A DNA stretch of 64,000 bases from Camelus dromedarius (taxonomy: Eukaryota): positions 6,882,001 to 6,946,000 of the forward strand of contig NC_087459.1 of the NCBI RefSeq assembly GCF_036321535.1. The letters are read 5' to 3'. The position numbers and the translations under genes were made by a program. The notes under the pieces were generated by a model. The model searched no databases and had not been told where the DNA came from. It was given only the letters and a program-made list of their open reading frames with translations. Shown here one piece after another: positions 59,178 to 64,000 of the stretch; position 1 is the first letter of the stretch; every line of letters starts with the position of its first letter.

Positions 59178-61034
59178 GTCCCTCTGTCCTGTCCCCTGAC
59201 CCCTGCAGAAAGAGCTGTGGTTAAAAGTTTGGGAGTTTGGGACTGAGACCATCAGCTCTTATCCTGTGCTGAGAGGGACACAGTGCCTCTACAACTGTGC
59301 TTTTATTTTGTCAAAAATATCCTTATATCTTAGGTATTTTTCTTCAATCTGCCCTTCCCACTGAACTCTACATCTCTTTGGCCAGTTTATTCAGTTCTCC
59401 TCATTTCATAGATTTATTGATCATTTTACTATTTCTGTTCATTTTCTGTTCAAATCCTTGGTCAATTCTTCTCATAAGTCATTTGTCTTTTCCTCATATA
59501 TATGTGGGAGGTCTTCTCATATTGCAAGTATAAGACATTGGCTGAGGAATGTTCAAGTCTTGTCTTAAAAGGGCTTAGGGGCCAGGGAACTAGATTAGGA
59601 TGCAAGAGGGTTTGTCCCAGGCCTGGGAGTGGGGCTCTGGTGTCCCTAAGCCCCCAGTGTCTTATCCTGTTGTTCTTCAGAACCACGATGAGCCTGAGGC
59701 TGCAGATGGAATCAGGAAAAGGGTGGAGGGTAGGAAGGAAAAATGGAAGGAGCTGGGGGGAGGGCCCATTGGGAACAAAATGAGAAGAGTGGAGACAGGT
59801 GCGGGGGTGGGGTGTAGGTAGCAGAAGGGATCATTGCTAAGGCTTTTCTGAGCTGCTTTCCTCTTTGTCCAAGTCAATTTGACCATCACTTCCTCCTGGA
59901 CACATTGGGCAATTCCTGAGTGAAGGTCTTGGGAGAGGGGAGGTGGGCAGAAGGGTAGGCTGACGGATGCCCAAGTCACCCACTCCCCAAAGCAAAGTCT
60001 TTCTCCAAGCTCCCAGGAAAAACAAACCGATGACTTCTTGCTCACTGTTCTCTTCACCAAAGTCTGACGTTTTACTTCATCCCTCCCCGCTCCCCCCATC
60101 AACTATCCCGGGGACAATCACTTGTCCACTAACCCTGAAAGATATCCTTGAATGCCTCATTCACTCCTGCCATGCCTCCTCAGGGCTTTTAACAAGGTAT
60201 GTGACCAAATCATCTCCTGATGATCTGTCTGTATCCCTAACTAGACTGAAAGCTCAGGTCTTGCTTAGCCAGTTGCTTTATTTATCAGTTCAACCTTGTG
60301 TCAGTCAATCTTGTGTCAGGTGCAATTTGGGGGACTGGGGTGCCACTGAACCAGGACCATTTGCCAAAAGGGAGAGAAAGACCATCACACAGGGGTCCCG
60401 AATAGGAGATACTGGCCTCTGTGAGTCTCCGACCTGGGCTGCAGCAACAACCACCCTGGAAGAAGGAACTTGAACCTGGAGAACTCCAGGTTCAAGAAGG
60501 AACTCCAACTCAGCCCTGCAAATTCTATACCTTGGTATCTGTTCCTTCCATGACTGGCACTCAGTGGCACCCAAAGAGCATTCATGGAAAGAAAGAGAAC
60601 TGGAAGAACCAAGGCTGAAAGGGAGCAGGAGGGATTCGGGGAGGGATTTGTTCAGTAAACGGGAGCGGTGCGCGCAAGTTCTATGTGCAATTTGTCTCTG
60701 CCCTGGAGTAGTCGCACTCAATCGCCCATTCATTCACTGACTCTACTCAAGTTAAAAATGTCCAGCTTCGCCAAGCCCCAAGCCTACGTCCAGGGTGGGT
60801 GGCACGGACTGATTTGCTCCTTTCTATCCTCAGGAGAGCGCAGCCTGGTGCTAGGGAGCTCAGGGACTCTAAAGGGTGAAAGGGAGGGTATCCATCCCGC
60901 TCCACAAACCAGCCCCCGCTGTGGGGCGGGGATATCACTTCCGGGGTAGTTGGACGTAGAGGGTATGAAGCTGCCGTTAGGCAGGAGGGAGAAACAACCC
61001 TGCCAGGTCTTTGGGAGTCTAAGCTGGGAGCCAA

Positions 61035-61230
61035 GTACTCGCGGCCCAGCCTGGCGCAGACTGTGCGCCGCGCGCCCCCTGCCGTCCGGTCCCAGTTGCG
61101 CATACCGGCCCCCGCCAGCCAATGAGCACCGCGCGGACGGGCGTGCCCCTTGCGCCCCTGACATAAAGCCTTGAGCACTGTCGGCCCTTCACGTTTCTGG
61201 TCCTGACCCAGACTCACAAAAAAACCCATC
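61035..61230 (+). promoter_or_regulatory. HBA: Alpha-globin promoter (3' copy), CpG-rich
   Basis: CCAAT 61119-61123, CATAAA 61162-61167, many CpGs. Confidence 0.87.
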
Positions 61231-61894
61231 ATGGTGCTGTCTTCCAAGGATAAGACCAACGTCAAGACCGCCTTTGGTAAGATTGGCGGCCACGCTGCTG
61301 AATATGGCGCAGAGGCCCTGGAGAGGTGAGCACCCACCTGCCCCGCTGGGACTCAAGGCTGGACCACCCGTCGTGTCCTTGTCCCTCCTAAGCCCGGCTC
61401 TCTCACCTCTTCTTCCCACAGAATGTTCCTGGGCTTCCCCACCACCAAGACCTACTTCCCCCACTTTGACCTGAGCCACGGCTCCGCCCAGGTCAAGGCC
61501 CATGGCAAGAAGGTGGGCGATGCGCTGACCAAGGCTGCGGACCACCTGGACGACCTGCCCAGTGCCCTGTCTGCTCTGAGTGATCTGCATGCCCACAAGC
61601 TGCGTGTGGACCCAGTCAACTTCAAGGTGAGCTTGTGGGTCGGCTGGGAGAGATCTGGGGTGGAAGGCACAGCGTCCCCGCTAGCAGGCTAGTAGGGCAG
61701 AGAATGCAGTGTGGTTGCAGAGGTGGAGCGTGCCCCACGCCCCCTGACACCCCTTCTCTCTGCAGCTCCTGAGCCACTGCCTGCTGGTGACCGTGGCGGC
61801 CCACCACCCTGGCGATTTCACCCCCTCGGTCCATGCCTCCCTGGACAAGTTCCTGGCCAACGTGAGCACCGTGCTGACCTCCAAATACCGTTAA
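61231..61894 (+). CDS. HBA: Hemoglobin subunit alpha, 3' copy
   Basis: Exons 61231-61325, 61422-61626, 61766-61894. Same protein as the 5' copy. AATAAA at 61969-61974. Confidence 0.98.
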
Positions 61895-62934
61895 GCTGGA
61901 GCCTTGGCGGTCCCTCCCCTTGCCCGGGGCCCTCCTGTGTTCTGGGCACCCTCACTTTCTGAACTCTGAATAAAGTCTGAGTGGGCTGCAGCCTCTGTAG
62001 CCTCATTCTCTGTGTCTGTGAACCGGGCTGGGGTTGGGGTGGTTCTTGTCACAGACCAAGGAACTCTGGGAACTCAAGGAACTCTGCAGGGGAAGAGAGG
62101 TAAGGGGAATACGGGAGGAGGGAAATGGATCTGGTCCTGCTAGCACTTCCTGGGATTCTCTGGGCAGTGCCCACCCTCACCCTGGAGTGCTTTGCTGAGT
62201 ACATTCACCCCTTCCTGCATTTCATTCCAGAGCCTTGCAGATTCAACTAGAGTTTGCTCACCTAATGGATTTTTTTTCTGTCTATATTTTATGGTGCACA
62301 CACTTGCGCTGAGAGTTGGTGGACTCCCACCCTAGGACCTCAGAGCCCTCCCAGGGCTCCTTCCAGAGTAGAGTGGTGGGGACAACACAGAGATCACACT
62401 TCTTCAGAGTCACCCTGAGTGCCCCCTCCCCATCAAATGCCTCCCATGTATAGGCACAGTCAAGAGGAAATTAGGGGTGAGCAATGCCATCCCAGGGCTA
62501 GACAATTTCCTGAAGGTGCTCCTTTCACCTGGTACAGCCCCAGGACATTCACTCTGAAGACAAGGACATCACTGGGCCATTGAGGGTCTGAAGATCTGAT
62601 TTTAGGGCTCAGCTCAGGATCCACTGCCCCGCCATGAGGCCCACTGACTCACCCCTAGCGCTTCAGTGGAGAGCAGAAGCCAGGGTCAGACCACCTGCAC
62701 TCAGACATGTGTCCTCCTCATGAAGGATGCCCCTCATGCCTGTGGCTTGAGGTGCCCAGTCCTGACAGTCATCAAACTCCCAAATGAGAGCAGTGTCTTT
62801 TCTTCCCTGGGCCTAAGTGTCGTCCTCAGAAAATGTAGTGGCAGATTCCCTCTCTCAGTGTGTGGTGCTTTTAGCCCAGCTAGTGGCCCAGTATGAGCTC
62901 CCAATAAGTGGCAGTCTTCCTTATTTTATTATTA

Positions 62935-63375
62935 GGAAAAATGAGGGCATGGCTAGAGGTGGAAACAACCCCAATGTCCATCAACAGATGAGTGGACAAA
63001 CAAAATGTGATCTATCCGTACAAGGGAAAGTTATCTGGCTGTAAAAAGCAATAAAGTATTGATATATGCTACAACCTCAAAAACATGCCAAGCAAAAGAA
63101 ATTAGACACAGAAGACCATATATTACAGGATTCTATTTATATGAAATATCCAGAACAGGCAAATCCACAGAGACAGCAGACGGGTGATTGCCAGAGGCCA
63201 GAGGGGAGGGCTTATGGACTGACTGCATCATCTATTTGGGATGATGAAAAAGTTCTGGAACTAAATAGTGGTGATGGTTGCACAACATTGTGAAGGTAAA
63301 GATACAATCGTACACCTTAAAATGGCTAAGACAGTAAATTTTGTGTCATATGAATTTCACCACAATTTTAAAAAG
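62935..63375 (+). mobile_element. LINE-1 3' end (L1MB-like) between alpha and theta
   Basis: AAACAACCCCAATGTCCATCAACAGATGAGTGGACAAAC...GGTGATGGTTGCACAACATTGTG...TAAATTTTGTGTCATATG. Confidence 0.8.
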
Positions 63376-63699
63376 GGGGGGAGTTGTATAGAGATGCCTA
63401 GCACAGAATGAGTGCCGCATAGGTTTAGCTATTATTTGGAGATACATCCTAGGCACTCAATAAAACTCACTATTCTGAAAGGGGTGTCTGCCACGAGCCA
63501 GGCATAACCATGGGAAGAAGGAATAGTTACCTTCATTATATACAATAAATGAGTAAACAGACTCAGAAAGGTGTAATAGACTCGGGCGGAAGGTAGAATA
63601 AACGGACTCAACGCCAAAATCCATGCTAAAAGTCAAGGCTACCTAATAATAAAGAATCATGCTAAATATTAGTTTCCGTATAGTAAACACTTCAAAATG

Positions 63700-63893
63700 G
63701 GGGCCTCGGGGTCCAGGGAGACTGGGAAGTTCGGAGCAGACGGTCCGTGGAGCGCTCCCGGGTGCCTCGGGGCCATATTCTGCCACCAGAGGCGTGGCGC
63801 CCCCGGGAGGCCTCAGGAACCCGCGGGCCGATTGGCGCAGGCGCAGCCCAGGCTCCACCAAGGAGCCGAGCGCGCAGCCGGCCAGGCTCCAGT
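63700..63893 (+). promoter_or_regulatory. HBQ1: Theta-globin CpG promoter with CTCF motif
   Basis: CpG-rich. Minus-strand CTCF motif AGGCCTCCCGGGGGCGCCA at 63795-63813. Inverted CCAAT (ATTGG) at 63831-63835. No clear TATA box. Confidence 0.7.
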
Positions 63894-64000
63894 ATGGTGC
63901 TGGCGGCAGAGGACCGGGCTGCGGTGCGTGCGCTGTGGAGGAAGCTGGATAGCAACGTTCACGTTTACACGACCGAGGCCCTGGAGAGGTGCGCACAGGC
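63894..64000 (+). CDS. HBQ1: Hemoglobin subunit theta-1, exon 1 (63894-63988; gene truncated by window end)
   Basis: [32 protein letters not shown] followed by AG|GTGCGC donor. The 95-nt coding exon and theta-like YTTEALER sit immediately 3' of the alpha genes. Confidence 0.9.
   Translation, partial: MVLAAEDRAAVRALWRKLDSNVHVYTTEALERCAQ

Noticed and set aside
39145-61962. Long ORFs overlapping or antisense to the globin genes (e.g. 39145-39744, 53602-54201, 60747-61337)
   Set aside because: They are read-throughs of real exons into GC-rich introns, or shadow frames. The spliced globin models explain them.

Overview
Mammalian alpha-globin locus, almost certainly from an Old World camel (Camelus). 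The evidence is the alpha chain [24 protein letters not shown]...[11 protein letters not shown], which matches the camel chain as I recall it, plus camelid tRNA-Ala-derived SINEs. The left half (1-29.1 kb) is NPRL3 on the minus strand: nine coding exons were mapped with canonical splice sites, the first coding exon is apparently hidden in an N gap, and the 3' end lies outside the window. Its introns carry the alpha-globin enhancers: MCS-R2/HS-40 is clearly recognisable, and R1 and R3 are positional and motif candidates. There are also strong CTCF motifs. The right half is the globin cluster on the plus strand: R4 candidate - HBZ - about 13 kb of L1-rich spacer - HBZ - HBM - HBA - HBA - HBQ1 (exon 1 only). 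All five complete globin genes have intact reading frames. I found no wholly new biological system. The most interesting observations are: a recursive-splice-like AG|GTAAGC start to NPRL3 exon 3; CCAAT-less zeta promoters that keep a TGACCA motif and have an ATG at the predicted cap site; a gene-conversion breakpoint inside zeta exon 3; an apparent swap of the perfect NF-E2 site in HS-40; CpG erosion of the alpha genes with asymmetric promoters; and 40-94 bp L1 micro-insertions with target-site duplications. All comparisons to human or mouse sequence are from memory and need alignment. Seven N gaps limit what can be seen.
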